A DNA stretch of 64,000 bases from Stegostoma tigrinum (Eukaryota): NCBI RefSeq assembly GCF_030684315.1, contig NC_081394.1, positions 17,032,658 through 17,096,657 on the forward strand, read 5' to 3'. This document shows, one piece after another, positions 14,422 through 25,539 of the stretch; positions within the stretch are counted from its first letter, which is position 1; each line of letters opens with the position of its first letter. The notes below the pieces were generated by a model. The model did not search any database. It was not told the DNA's origin and worked only from the letters and a program-made list of their open reading frames with translations. The position numbers and the translations under genes are program-made.

Positions 14422-14647
14422 CGCTTCAGAGATAATAGGAACTGCGGATGCTGGAGAATCTGAGATAACAAGGTGTAGAGCTGGATGAACACTGCAGGCC
14501 AAGCAACATCACAGGAGCAGGAAGGCTGACGTTTTGGGCCTAGGACCTCCTTCAGAATTTCTGAAGAAGGGTCTAGGCCCGAAACATCAGCCTTCCTGCT
14601 CCTCTGATGCTGCCTGGCCTGCTGTGTTCATCCAGTTCTGCACCTTG
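14422..14647. mobile_element. Inverted dyad of PLE tails (family A) inserted in the CR1, 12-bp TSD
   Basis: Palindrome centred on TTCAGAATTTCTGAA (14551-14565); TACCTGTAATAC at 14410-14421 and 14648-14659. Confidence 0.85.
14561..14588 (+). ncRNA. Minimal type I hammerhead ribozyme motif (PLE-associated)
   Basis: CTGAAGA-A-GGGT(CTAG)GCCC-GAAA-CATC: intact catalytic boxes, stem II, AUC cleavage triplet. Confidence 0.6.
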
Positions 14648-17600
14648 TACCTGTAATACAGTGCAACTTTATCTTATGTAGCAGCCTTTGGTGTGGCCCC
14701 TTGTCAAATGCCTTCTGGAAATCCAGATACACCACATCCACAGGTTCCCCACTGTCTGCCATGCAAGTAACGTCCTCAAAGAATTCCACCACCTACCCTT
14801 CATGAACACCTGCTGGGTGTTCCCATTGGGACAATTTATATCCAGATGTATTGCTATTTCTTCCTCAATGATGGATTGAAGCATTTTCCCCACTACCGAA
14901 ATTAAACTAACTGGCCTACAGTCACTTGTTTTTTGTCTACCTCCTTTTTTAAACAGTGGCGTCACATTGGCTGTTTTCTAATCTGTGGGAACGACCCTAG
15001 AGTCCAGTGAATTTTGGTAAATAATTACTAGTGCATTTGCTATTTCCCCCATCACGTCTTTTAGTACCCAGGGATGCATTTCATCGGGGCCAGGAGACTA
15101 GTCTACTTTTAGCCCCATTTGCTTGCCCAGCACTGTCTCCTTAGTGATAATGATAGTTTCTAGGTCCTCACCTGCTATAACCTTCCTGCCATTAGTTTTC
15201 AGCATGTTAGTTGTGACTTCCACTGTGATGACCGACACGGAATAACTGTTTAATGTCTCGGCTATTTCCTCATTCCCAGTTATTTAACTGGCCTTCTCAT
15301 CCTCTAAAGGACCAATGTTTACCATCGCCACTATTTTATGATTTACATAGTTACAGAAACTTTTGCTGCCTGTTTTCATATTCTAAGCTAGTTTACTCTC
15401 ATAATCTATCTTAGTTTTCTTCATAACTTTTCTTGTGGCTTTCTGTTGGCCTTTAAAGATTTCCCAGTCTACTAGCTTCCCACTCCTCTTTGGTTTTTTG
15501 TTTGTGTTTTTTTCCTCAATCTGACACCTTCTTTTATTTCCTCAGACATCCAAAGCTGGCTCTCTTTTCCTACAGTTCATCCTATCACTGGGATATACTT
15601 CTGCTGAGCACTGAAAAATTGTTTTGAAAGTCCTCCACCGTTTCTCAATTGATCCACCATGAAGTTTTTGCTCCCATTCTACCTTAGCTAACGCGTCCCT
15701 CGTTCCTTCATAGTCTCCTTTGTTTAAGCACAGGACATAGGTTCTGGGTTTAACCTTCTCATGCTCGATCTTTATTTTAAATTCGACCATACTGTGATTG
15801 CTCCTTCCAAGAGGATCTCTAACTGTGAGATCATTAATTATTCTTGTATCATTTCACAGGACCAGATCTAGGATAGCTTGTTCCCTCATAGGTTCCATTC
15901 CATATCGTTCAAGAAAATTATTGCTGATGCATTCTATGAACCCCTCCTCAAGGCTGCCATGACCAACCTGGTTTGACTAATTGATATAAAGATTAAAATC
16001 CCCCATGATAATTGCTGTACCATTTTTACATGCAATAGCTATTTCTATGTTCATTGCCCGCCTCACCACGATGTCATTATTTGGTGGCCTACAGACCACA
16101 CCTATCAGTGACTTCTTCTCTCCGCTATTCCTAATTTCCACCCAAGTGGATTCAATGTTTTGTTCAGTCGAACCTATATCATCTCTCATTACCGCCTTGA
16201 TATCATTCTTAAAAATCAGAGCAACATGACCCCTCTTACCTTCCAGTCTGTCCTTCTGAATAGTTTGATACCCCTGAATATTTAACTCCCAGTCATGACC
16301 ATCTCGTAACCGTGTCTCTGTAATGGCCACTAAATCATACCCATTTGCCATGATTTGCACCTTGTTTTGAATGCTCCAAGCATTCAGATAAAGTGTCCTT
16401 ATGCCAGTTTTTGCAACTTCATTGTGGGTCCTATTACCTCCATTACTAACAGCTCTTGAGGTCTTCCCTTTAACTTTTTTCCTAATTTTCAATGGCGTTG
16501 AAGCTTCCTCATCACCTGCTAACCTGCTGATTTGCCTTACATTAATTGTTATTCTCCCTGTATGCTCACTTCTCCTTACCTCCTACTTACTCGTTTAAAG
16601 TCCTATTAACCACACTATGTACCCTTTTTGCCAGAACACTGGACCCAGCCCTGTTCAGCTGGAGGCCATCCTAGTACTACAGATCCCTCCTGTCCCAGAA
16701 CTGATGCCAGTGCCCCATGAAAAGGAAACCCTCTTTCCCACACCACTCTCTTAGCCACGTGTTTACTTCTCTGATCCTTGCCTCCCTATGCCAATTTGCA
16801 CGCGGCTCGGGCAGCAATCCAGAGATTATGACCCTCGAAGACCTATTTTTTAAATTTTGCTCCTAGCTTTTCATAATCCTGAAACAGGTCTTTTTTCCTA
16901 GTCCTGCCTATGTTGTTGGCACCTACGTGGACCACAACAACTGGATCCACCCCACCCTCTCTAGTATCCTCTCAAGGCAGTCAGAGATGTCTCGCAGCCT
17001 GGGACCGGGCAGGCAACATGCCATGCAGGATTCTCTATCCTGCTCACAAAAGATACTGTCTATCCCCTGATGATGGAATCCCCTACAACTACAATCTATC
17101 TTTTTGCTCCCTGCTCTTGAATGGCCTTCTGGTGCCATGGTCAGTTGACTCATCCTTCCTGCAGCCCTGTTCCTCATCCATGCAGGGAGCAAGTGCCTCA
17201 TACCTGTGTATCAATGTCAAGGGCTGAGGCTCCTGTGTTCCTGTCTGCAGGGTCTCTCTACCTGCCTCACTCACAGTCACACACTGCTGTCCCTGCCCAC
17301 CACTCAAATTAACATTAGTTCATCAATCAGGTGTGGCTGCCTCCTGGAACACAGCATCCAGGTATTTCTCCCACTCCCAGATGTGCCGCAGTGTTTGGAG
17401 TTTGCATTCCAGCTCATCAATTTTGAGCAGAAGTTCCTCAAGCAGCCAATATTAGCTGCAGATGTGGTCATTGCCTTTCTCAATGGGATCAGCAAGCTCC
17501 CACATCATACAGCTACAACACATCACCTGGCCTGCCATCTCTACCGAGTTAATTAATTAAAATTAATTAGTTTTTTCTTTTTTAATTTCACAGTGTTCTC

Positions 17601-17751
17601 TGAACCAGTAAGTTTAGTTAACTCCCAAATTTATCAGGTGGAAGCTTACCTTCCCAGGCTGCCCTTGCGCGTTCTCCCGGACTCCGCCACTGAAACAACT
17701 AAAAGGTTGGTGAGATATGACGTCCCAATCAATTGTCATTCAGATAACTGT

Positions 17752-17852
17752 CATTCTGAAGAAGGGTCTAGGCCCAAAACGTCAGCCTTCCTGCTCCTCT
17801 GATGCTGCTTAGCCTGCTGTGTTCATCCAGCTCTACACTTGTTATCGCAGAT
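17752..17852 (+). mobile_element. Solo PLE tail (about 100 bp) with decayed hammerhead motif
   Basis: CTGAAGAAGGGTCTAGGCCCAAAACGTCAGCC...ACTTGTTATC. Confidence 0.8.
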
Positions 17853-18029
17853 AATAAACTGGCTGTTTTTGCCACAAAACCTCAAATTTATCCACATTAT
17901 TTTTCTTGTCCGCTCGCTATGTATTTGTCCACTCAACTTGCTCAGATCACAAATTCGCTTGATGGACAAGTTGTCCCCATTCTGAGCAATTGGTGGCAAA
18001 TTCCTCTCAGTTATGAATATTATTGCCCC

Positions 18030-18400
18030 CTAAAAACATGGCGGCACCGCATGCGCACTCCTCCAAGCAACACAGCCGTTACCAATCAAGATGTCAGCGG
18101 CAAATTCGATTCTAGCTCCGGCACTGGCGACACCGGAAAGTCGTGCTGGAATTTGCGCCTTAGTCAACACGCTTACGTAACTTGTTCGTCCACTCGCCAA
18201 TCCAGCGACCTCCTTGTCCTGCCGAATTGGCGACAGTCCCAGAGCCGCAGGAGAAACTATCCCAACGTCACCATGACTTGCTCCGCTCATGTTCCAATCA
18301 AATACCTTCTGCGCATGCGTATGTTTTCCTATTCTATGAATAGGGGATATTCACCCCGCCCCCCGAGCATTCTGGCTAACCAGGCAGCCGTTATGTATTT
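18030..18400. promoter_or_regulatory. CpG-rich promoter-like region
   Basis: YY1-like AACATGGCGGC (~18035), NRF1-like GCATGCGCA (~18049) and TGCGCATGCG (18310), CCAAT at about 18082, 18198 and 18294. Confidence 0.55.
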
Positions 18401-18619
18401 GACTTACGATATTCTTGTTGGGGGGTTTCGGATAGCTCACTTGGTTGGACCACCTTCAGTTCTATTCTGTTTCTTAGCTAAGCGACACGAGTACTTTTTC
18501 CCCTTATACAACAAACGCACAAATATTGACAGTATTCCAAATGTGGTCTGATGTATAGTTGCGCAGGACGTGCCTATATTCAGACTCATTTCATATGAAA
18601 CGAAGGCCAATATTCCAAT

Positions 18620-18714
18620 ATAAGAGATAACAAAGTGTGGAGCTGGATGAACACAGCAGGCCAAGCAGCATCTTAGGAGCACAAAAGCTGATGTTTCGGG
18701 CCTAGACCCTTCAT
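18620..18714 (-). mobile_element. Solo PLE tail with 12-bp TSD
   Basis: CAATATTCCAAT at 18608-18619 and 18715-18726; insert reads TGATGAAGGGTCTAGGCCCGAAACATCAGC on the minus strand. Confidence 0.9.
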
Positions 18715-18894
18715 CAATATTCCAATTCCTTTCCCTACTGTCCCACAAACCTGTATGCTAGCTTTTTGTGATCGTGGGCAAAGTGCCTAAATCACCTCTG
18801 TCCTTTCACTGTCTGTGGTCTTTCTCCAGCTGAATAATATTCAGCTCTATTCTTTTAATATTCTGCATGGCCTTACATTACCTACACATGTGAA

Positions 18895-19525
18895 ATACGA
18901 AATCACAACAACGTCAATGCTGAAAGTCGTAAAAATTTTCAACAACCTCAGTGCTGAAAGACTACCCTAACAATTACAATGCTGAAATGCAATAACAAAT
19001 TCAACGACAACATTAATTGGGAGAAACAGTATCCATTCCAACAAGATCAAAGCCAAAATGCATCAGCGAATTCAGTGCTGAAATAAACAAGCACAACAAT
19101 CCCAACGTGACTTCACGACAAGAAGTTCAGCAACATCTTCCGTCCACAGAACAAATTCAACAAACTGGATGCAGAAGTGCTACATCTTCAAGAAAAGCCT
19201 CATTATTGCAATACAACAACTTTCTAAATGATGAAATGCAACATGTATAATGAATAAAAAGAAAAAATCGACAATCACATTCTAAAAATAAAACAAATTC
19301 AGCAATAACCTCTAATGCAGATGAGTAACAACAGTCTGAACTGTAATCTCAAGGCTGAAACAAAATAACATTAACCTCAATGTCGAAATAAAACAATAAC
19401 CTTGATGTTGAAATGCAGAAAACATCATGCTGAAATACAATAAAACTTCAACAGCATAAATGCTGTTAAAAAAGAACATTTTTAATTCAACACATAACCA
19501 CAACGCTGAAAAACAAACAAATTAA
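18895..19525. repeat. Degenerate A-rich minisatellite
   Basis: Recurring core AACAACCTCAATGCTGAAAT...AACAAATTC with irregular ~25-35 bp spacing. Confidence 0.7.
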
Positions 19526-19749
19526 TCCAGTCTTCTGAATCACCAGTAAATTCAAACTGAACATTTGTTAATAACCTGCATTTAATGTGGAATGTTTTCA
19601 GTCAGTTATCCTCACTATACACCATTGAGTTCGTACTGATGAGAGGTTGTTCACCAGCTCCACGGTGGAATTGTTTCACTCTTTCTGACAACCTTCATTC
19701 ATGATTAATAGTGGTGAGCCACAGAATCAAATACATAATTTCAAATCAC

Positions 19750-19856
19750 GAACAGAAACAAAGTTGCTGGAAAAGCTCAGCAAGTCTGGCAGTTTCTGTG
19801 AGGAAAATAATCAGTGTTAACATTTCGGGTCCAGAGACCCTTCCTCTGAACTGTTC
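19750..19856 (-). mobile_element. PLE tail (family B)
   Basis: AAAGTTGCTGGAAAAGCTCAGC...GTTAACATTTCGGGTCCAGAGACCCTTCCTC; matches the arms at 1340-1550 and the copy at 37352. Confidence 0.7.
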
Positions 19857-20299
19857 TGCCAAAGAAATTCGTTGAGACGATAACAAAGAGTGTTTTGAAC
19901 TAGGGTTTATCCCTTGTATTAGGAATGAAAAGGATCAAAAGATTTTGGAAGCAAGTGGAACAGTGGTAGAGTTGGATGATAACCATATTCAAATGGAGTC
20001 AAAGAGCCTAATGTTTTACTCCTGCTACTATTTTATGAAATAGGATAGGGATGGACGGATCACTTCTTGTGTGGAATGAATTTTCTGAGGAAGTGGTCAT
20101 GCGGGCACAATAACAATGTTTAAAAGACACTTCGGTAAGTATATGGTTAGGAAAGGTTTGGAGGGATATAGGCCAGGAGCAGGCAGATGGAATTAGTTTA
20201 GTTTGGGATTATGTTCGACATGGACTTGGTCGAACTGAAGGCTCTGTTTCTGTGCTGCACGACTCAGCCACACTCTCCACATTTGTGAATATCCACAGG

Positions 20300-20660
20300 A
20301 CAGGATGACAGTGCACGGGCATTCTGCGGGAAGAGTACGGAGCTGCGCAGAACGCATCAAGGAGTGAGGTAGACGTTTCTTTCACAGCTGAGAAAAAAAT
20401 TCTGATAATGTCGGACGAAGAGGTGCAAGAAGCAGGCAGCTAAACAGATGTGTTTCGAAAGTATGTTAGGTAAGTCGTAAACACGAACATGAACTTGTGC
20501 TGCCGCTGTTTGGCGCCGCTCCGTGTTTAGAACTGGGTTCACGACCGCCAAATGACGCAGCGGCCATTGTTCATTATGGACGTCATTTGGCACTGCGCAT
20601 GGTTCTGCCATCTTCGTAGGGGGCAATGTTCCGCACTAGGTGGAGTTTGCCACCAATCAC
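20300..20660 (+). promoter_or_regulatory. CpG-rich promoter and putative first exon of the zinc-finger gene
   Basis: TGCGCAGAACGCA, TGCGCATG (NRF1-like), GCCATCTT (YY1), CCAAT; consensus donor AG|GTAAGT at 20470. Confidence 0.5.
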
Positions 20661-21598
20661 TGCGAAAAGAGGACAAATTATTCATACAACAGTGTGGAGC
20701 TGGAGGAACACAGCAGGACAGCTAGCATCAGAGGAGCAGGGAAGCTTGTCGTTTCAGGTCGGGATGGTCAAAGTCTGTTTTTTTGACCAGAAACATGTGT
20801 TGAGTGGCACACCATAAGTTTATTATCACATTAATGTTCTAGACATAAAAAGAAGAGGTAAGATTAGCAACTTTACAAGATTACAAGATGATACGGTGGA
20901 TGGGCTGGTCAACACAATAGCAAGTGAAACTTGGACCAAGAGAAAAGTAGGTCTTTTCTGAATTTCTATTCTTTCCCTCTGTCAGGCATGTCATTTTAAA
21001 CTCATTTTGCAGATTATTAGAAGAGGATTTGCAGTTGAGAAACCCAAAGACAATGTTGCATCAAAATTTGATAGAATCAGTCATTTCACCAGGAACTGCA
21101 CATTATCACTTTTGAGTGTAAGTATTGCATTTGAGATTATTACAAACCATTGTATATAATTTCTTCCTCACATCCTCCTGTTTGATTTGTCCAGCATCTA
21201 AATGTCTGTACTGTAATCCTATTAGAATCAGTCAATGGAAGCAACATTTCTTTATCTGCTTTATCTAAACTTATCATAAAGCTGGGCATTTTGTTCAAAT
21301 CATCCCTCAATATACTTTGCTTGAAGAACAACCCTAGATCCTCCAATATAACCTTTGAAAATGAAAGCAAGCAGCAGTGGTCACAGTGGTGAGAAGCCGT
21401 GGAAATGTGGAAACTGGGTGTGTCAGCAGGAAACTCACAGTCACAGTGGGGAGAGACAGTTCACCAGGTCTGAGTACGGGAAGGGATTCACTTATTCTGC
21501 CAAGTTGATTATACACCAGAAGGTTCACAGTGACAAGAGAGACTTTATATGCTCCAACTATGGAAAGAGCATCAATAAACCAGTTTACGCTGATGGAG

Positions 21599-21696
21599 AT
21601 AACAAGGTGTAGGCTGGATGATCATAGCAGGCCAAACATCCTCAGAGGAGCAGGAAGGCTGTCGTTTCGGGCCTAGACCCTTCTTCAGAAAATGGA
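21599..21696 (-). mobile_element. Solo PLE tail with 9-bp TSD inside the zinc-finger exon
   Basis: CTGATGGAG at 21590-21598 and 21697-21705; hammerhead-like motif at 21661-21688(-). Confidence 0.9.
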
Positions 21697-22039
21697 CTGA
21701 TGGAGCACAAGTAAGTTTGCAAAGGGATCACCATACAGCTGCTTATAGTGTGGGAAGAAATTCAGTGTGCAAAGTACTTTAAAATTTTAGAGGATCTGAA
21801 GTCCCATCAACATTGTCGCTCTGAAGACAGACCATTCAGGTGCTCCTAATGTGGGACTGGGTTCAAGAGATCATCTGAGTTCACTGAACAACAGTGAATT
21901 CACACTGGGGAGAGACCATATACCTGTCCTACGTGTGGGAAAGGATTTACCTAATTATCTGTTGTGAAGAAATACCAGCAAGTTCACACACTGACACAAG
22001 ACCTTTTAAATGACTGGTCTGCAGCAAGTGCTACAAACT

Positions 22040-22415
22040 GTCTCACCTCCCTAACCTGTCCTTCCTCCCACTTATCCCCTCCTTCCACCTCAAGCCCTAC
22101 CCCCATCTCCTACCTACTAGCCTCATCCCACCCCCTTGACATATCGGTCCTCCCTGGGCTGACCTATCCCCTCCCTTATTCCACACCTACACTCATCTTT
22201 ACTGGCTCCATTCCCACTTCTTTGACCTGTCTGTCTCCTCTCCACCTATCTTCTCCTTTATCCATCTTCTGTCCGCCTCCTCCCCTCCCTATTTATTTCA
22301 GAAAACCCTTGCCCTCCCCCAGTACTGAAGAAGGGTCTAGGCCCAAAACGTCAGCTTTCCTGCTCCTCTGATGCTGCTTGGTCTGCTGTGTTCATGCAGC
22401 TCAACACCTTATTAT
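22040..22415 (+). mobile_element. PLE 3' UTR/tail fragment
   Basis: C/T-rich 3' region like 41030-41367; CTGAAGAAGGGTCTAGGCCCAAAACGTC at 22325-22352. Confidence 0.85.
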
Positions 22416-23739
22416 GCCTGAGGAACTGATGGTCCATCAACATGTTCTGATGAGAGACGCTTCAGGTGTTCTGAGTGTGGAACAGAGTTCAAGCGATTGC
22501 TTAATACGTTGAGATACCAGCACAATCACACTGAGGAGAGAGCACTCCTCTGCTCTAAGTATAGGAAGGGATTCACTTAGTCACCCAGCCTGTAGAACCA
22601 TGAGCAAATTCACACTGGGGAGAGGCCAGTCACCTGCTATAAGTGTAGGAAGGGATACATTTGTTCATCTGAGCTGAACAAACATCAGCAGATTCATAGT
22701 GACGAGAGACCCTTTAAATGCCCAGACTGCAGGAACTGCAACAAGTGGTTTAAATGTTCCAAATGTGGAAAGAGCTTTCAAAACGCATCTCACACTGTCT
22801 GAGTTCAAGCTAGTTCACGTTGCAGGAACTTAATACACCATCATGTTCACACAGACAAGAGATGGTTCAGGTGCTCTCAGTGTGGGATTGGGTTCAGGCG
22901 ATCATCTGACCTGTCTAGACCCCAGTCAATGCACACTGGGGAGAGGCTGTTCACCTGCTTTGAATGTGGGAAGGAATTTTAAAAATTGTGCAACCTGCTG
23001 AGACACCAGCAAGTTCACCAGGAGCAGTAGGGTTTGCAGCTGGCTGTTGGTGTTGATGTTAATCACATCCAGGACTGAGCTACCTACATTCTGACATTCA
23101 GTCAGTCCAGGTTTATTGCTGATGGCAGGTGCACATGTTAGTTTGCAATCCCCATTCCATCTCTCACTTTCATGTGAATCGATCATTCAACCTGCACTTG
23201 TTTTTTTCATTTTCAGTCCACTCAATAAATATATTGAGCTGAAGCTGAATAAGCCCCAACCAGCAGCTCAAGATTGACATGAAGTCATCTGTTCTGTCAC
23301 TTGAGGAAGAGGCTGTGTCAGCTCTGAATGTAGCTACTCTCATCTGGAGATCTGAACTCATTGAAAGATATCTTCCTCATAGCTATGAGCTTGTCAGATG
23401 TTGAAAGAATTCCTGTTAAGTGATCCTCATGAATTGATCACCTCACACTGTGGTACCTGCTGTCGTGAATATTCAGGCTACATTCACACTGATTTACAGT
23501 GAATCACTGACTAACCTGTGGATTCTTTGTTCCTTGTTTCATGAAGTCTTTGTCTCAATAAGTGCTGAACTGCCAGATAATATATTCACTCATCTCAGCA
23601 CAGTCACAGAAACTGGAAATTATAACCAATAAACAGACCTGTAGTTTGGTACCTTGGTGATTTATTCAGGAGGTTTTTTTTTCACTCACTTCAGCAGCTG
23701 GAGACATTTGGACTGAAATTGAATGAACATCAGAAAAAA

Positions 23740-24070
23740 ATACCAGCAATAAGCCATTCAGCCCTTTGAGCCTGCTGTGCCATTCAGTTTAATGGTAGTA
23801 GATCTTCTAACTCAGATCCATATTCCTACATCCCTTAATTTTCTTCATATCCAAAATTCCATTAATCTCTGTCTTAAATATAATTTACAGCAGAATAGCT
23901 TCATGGGGGAAAGAATTCCACAGATTCCCAATGATCTGATTGAAAATATTCCTCCTCATCTCCATCCAAAATTATCCACCCATATCCTGAGATTGAAACC
24001 CCCCTGTGTCATGGGCTCATCAGCAAACGGAATTACATTCTTAGGATCCATCCTGTCAGTCCCTTCCATA
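23740..24070 (-). mobile_element. Old CR1 3' end
   Basis: GCCATTCAGCCCTTTGAGCCTGCT tail; minus peptide MEGTDRMDPKNVIPF. Confidence 0.65.
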
Positions 24071-24419
24071 AAATTACATTTCACTTTGATAAAGTCTGCT
24101 TTCTGTTGGCTGGACAATCTGCTCATCCTAGGAAGAGATAATGTGAACTGCAAGATAATAAAATGTGAGGCTGGATGAACACAGCAGGCCAAGCAGCATC
24201 TCAGGAGCACAAAAGCTGATGTTTCGGGCCCAGGCCCTTGAGATGCTGCTTGGCCTGCTGTGTTCAGCCAGCCTCACATTTTATTATCTTGGAATCTCCA
24301 GCATCTGCAGTTCCCATTATCTCTGAATGTGAACTGCAGATGCTGGAGAATCCAAGATAACAAAGTGTGGAGCTGGATGAACACAGCAGGCCAAGCAGCG
24401 TCTCAGGAGCACAAAAGCT

Positions 24420-24447
24420 GATGTTTCGGGCCCAGGCCCTTCATCAG
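24420..24447 (-). ncRNA. Minimal hammerhead ribozyme motif
   Basis: Minus strand CTGATGA-A-GGGC(CTGG)GCCC-GAAA-CATC. Confidence 0.65.
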
Positions 24448-24734
24448 AGAGGGGGATGGGGAGAGGGTTCTGAGATAAATAGGGAGGGGGGAGGCGGACC
24501 AAAGATGGATAGGCGAAGAGGGCGGAAAAACTGCTCAATGTCCAAACGTGCCTGGTATTCGTTGATGTGTGGGTGGAGGGGGACAAAGGTGAGCCCCTTG
24601 CTTCGGACTGACCGTTCGTCCTCAGTCAGGGGGAGGTCTGGGGGGATGGTGAAGATGCGGCAGGGGTCACTGTGGCTGTCTTCTCTGGGGTTGCTGGCTG
24701 TGGAGGTTGTGGGCGGAGCGATGAGGTAATCGAC

Positions 24735-24925
24735 TGTGGGCGGGGTTCCGTCGGCGTTGGCTGTGGGCGGGGTTCCGTCGGCTTTGGCTGTGGGCGGGGT
24801 TCCATCGGTGGTGGGCGGAGTGCCGATGTCGATGGTGGTGGGTGAAATTCTGTCGGCCGTGGGCAGAGTTGCGTCGGTGGTGGGCGGAGTTGCGTCGGCA
24901 CCAGCAGTGGGCGGAGTTGCGTCGA
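24735..24925. repeat. GC-rich 27/21-bp tandem repeat within the PLE N-terminal region
   Basis: TGTGGGCGGGGTTCCGTCGGCGTTGGC about 3 times, then GTGGGCGGAGTTGCGTCGGTG units; unit lengths are multiples of 3. Confidence 0.85.
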
Positions 24926-25426
24926 CAGTGAGCCATGCGGCGTCGGCAGTGGGAGGAGCAGGGTGGGCGGCAGCAACAGTGGTGAGGGTGATGTTTGTGG
25001 TGTTAGTTCTGGAAGTGGAGGCGATGACTGCAGCAACGGTCGTGTTCTCGGTCCCGGAAGTGGTGTGCTCAGCAGCGACAGATGTGACGTCATCGGTGGG
25101 TTCACCGGCCTGTCCTCTTGGTCAATGGCGGCGGGTACATGGTGGGAGATGTGCAGGGACAGGCTCGGGATTTAGAAGGTGGAGGAATCCTTTTTGAGGT
25201 GGCAGGAGCCAGTGAGTTTGTTGTACTTACGATTTTTGGTGTCCAGTAAAGCTGAGTAGAACTGGGTGTTCAGTCTGTGGATCCGACGGAGGATTAAAAA
25301 ACAGGAGGTCCTGTGCAGGTCTGGGAGAGGGAGGGTCTGAGCTGGGGCAAGCTGGATTGCAGTGCCTGGAGATGCCGGCGCATGGCTGCAAGTGTCTGTT
25401 TCAGGACCCTCTCCCCATCCCCCTCT

Positions 25427-25454
25427 CTGATGAAGGGTCTAGGCCTGAAACGTC
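25427..25454 (+). ncRNA. Minimal hammerhead ribozyme motif
   Basis: CTGATGA-AGGGTCTAGGCCT-GAAA-CGTC with GUC triplet and ACGT palindrome. Confidence 0.65.
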
Positions 25455-25539
25455 AGCTTTTGTGCTCCTAAGATGCTGCTTGGCCTGCTGTGTACATCCA
25501 GCTTCACACTTTGTTATCTCTGCTCATCCTAGCATCATG

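Larger units (their letters stand above)
13312..17700 (-). mobile_element. Near full-length degenerate CR1 LINE (5' UTR, ORF1, ORF2, 3' tail)
   Basis: ORF1 from ATG 17538 reads MAGQVMCCSCMMWEL...LLEELLLKIDELE (zinc finger/leucine zipper) and has a VVVGDSIIRG SGNH-esterase motif near 17070; ORF2 APE domain LYLNAWSI, DLVAITET, IIMGDFN (15977-16492); [15 protein letters not shown] (14160-14348); tail TTCTTATGTTCTAA. Confidence 0.9.
21013..23040 (+). pseudogene. C2H2 (Kruppel-type) multi-zinc-finger pseudogene
   Basis: Repeated linker/finger DNA CACACTGGGGAGAGACCA...TGTGGGAAAGGATT; peptides HSGEKPWKCG, HSGERQF, GKGFTYSAKLIIHQKVH; acceptor TTTTGCAG at 21012; many stops and frameshifts plus TE inserts at about 21140-21345, 21599-21696 and 22040-22415. 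Confidence 0.85.
24145..25520 (-). mobile_element. Internally deleted PLE with N-terminal ORF region and four tails in alternating orientation
   Basis: Minus translation AAMRRHLQALQSSLPQLR...KNRKYNKL and PCRIFTIPPDLPLTEDERSVRSKGLTFVPLHPHINEY joins directly to the 3' UTR near 24510; tails at 24145-24240(-), 24238-24325(+), 24330-24510(-) and 25395-25520(+). Confidence 0.8.

Noticed and set aside
17802-18551. 249-aa ORF
   Set aside because: Starts inside a PLE tail and crosses a CpG promoter; no recognisable domain
18895-19525. Repeat-spacer appearance resembling a CRISPR array (also the 49-bp repeat)
   Set aside because: Vertebrate context, degenerate repeats, related spacers and no cas genes
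24626-25197. Pro-rich or Gly/Val-rich repetitive ORFs resembling structural proteins
   Set aside because: Translations of a tandem repeat inside a PLE
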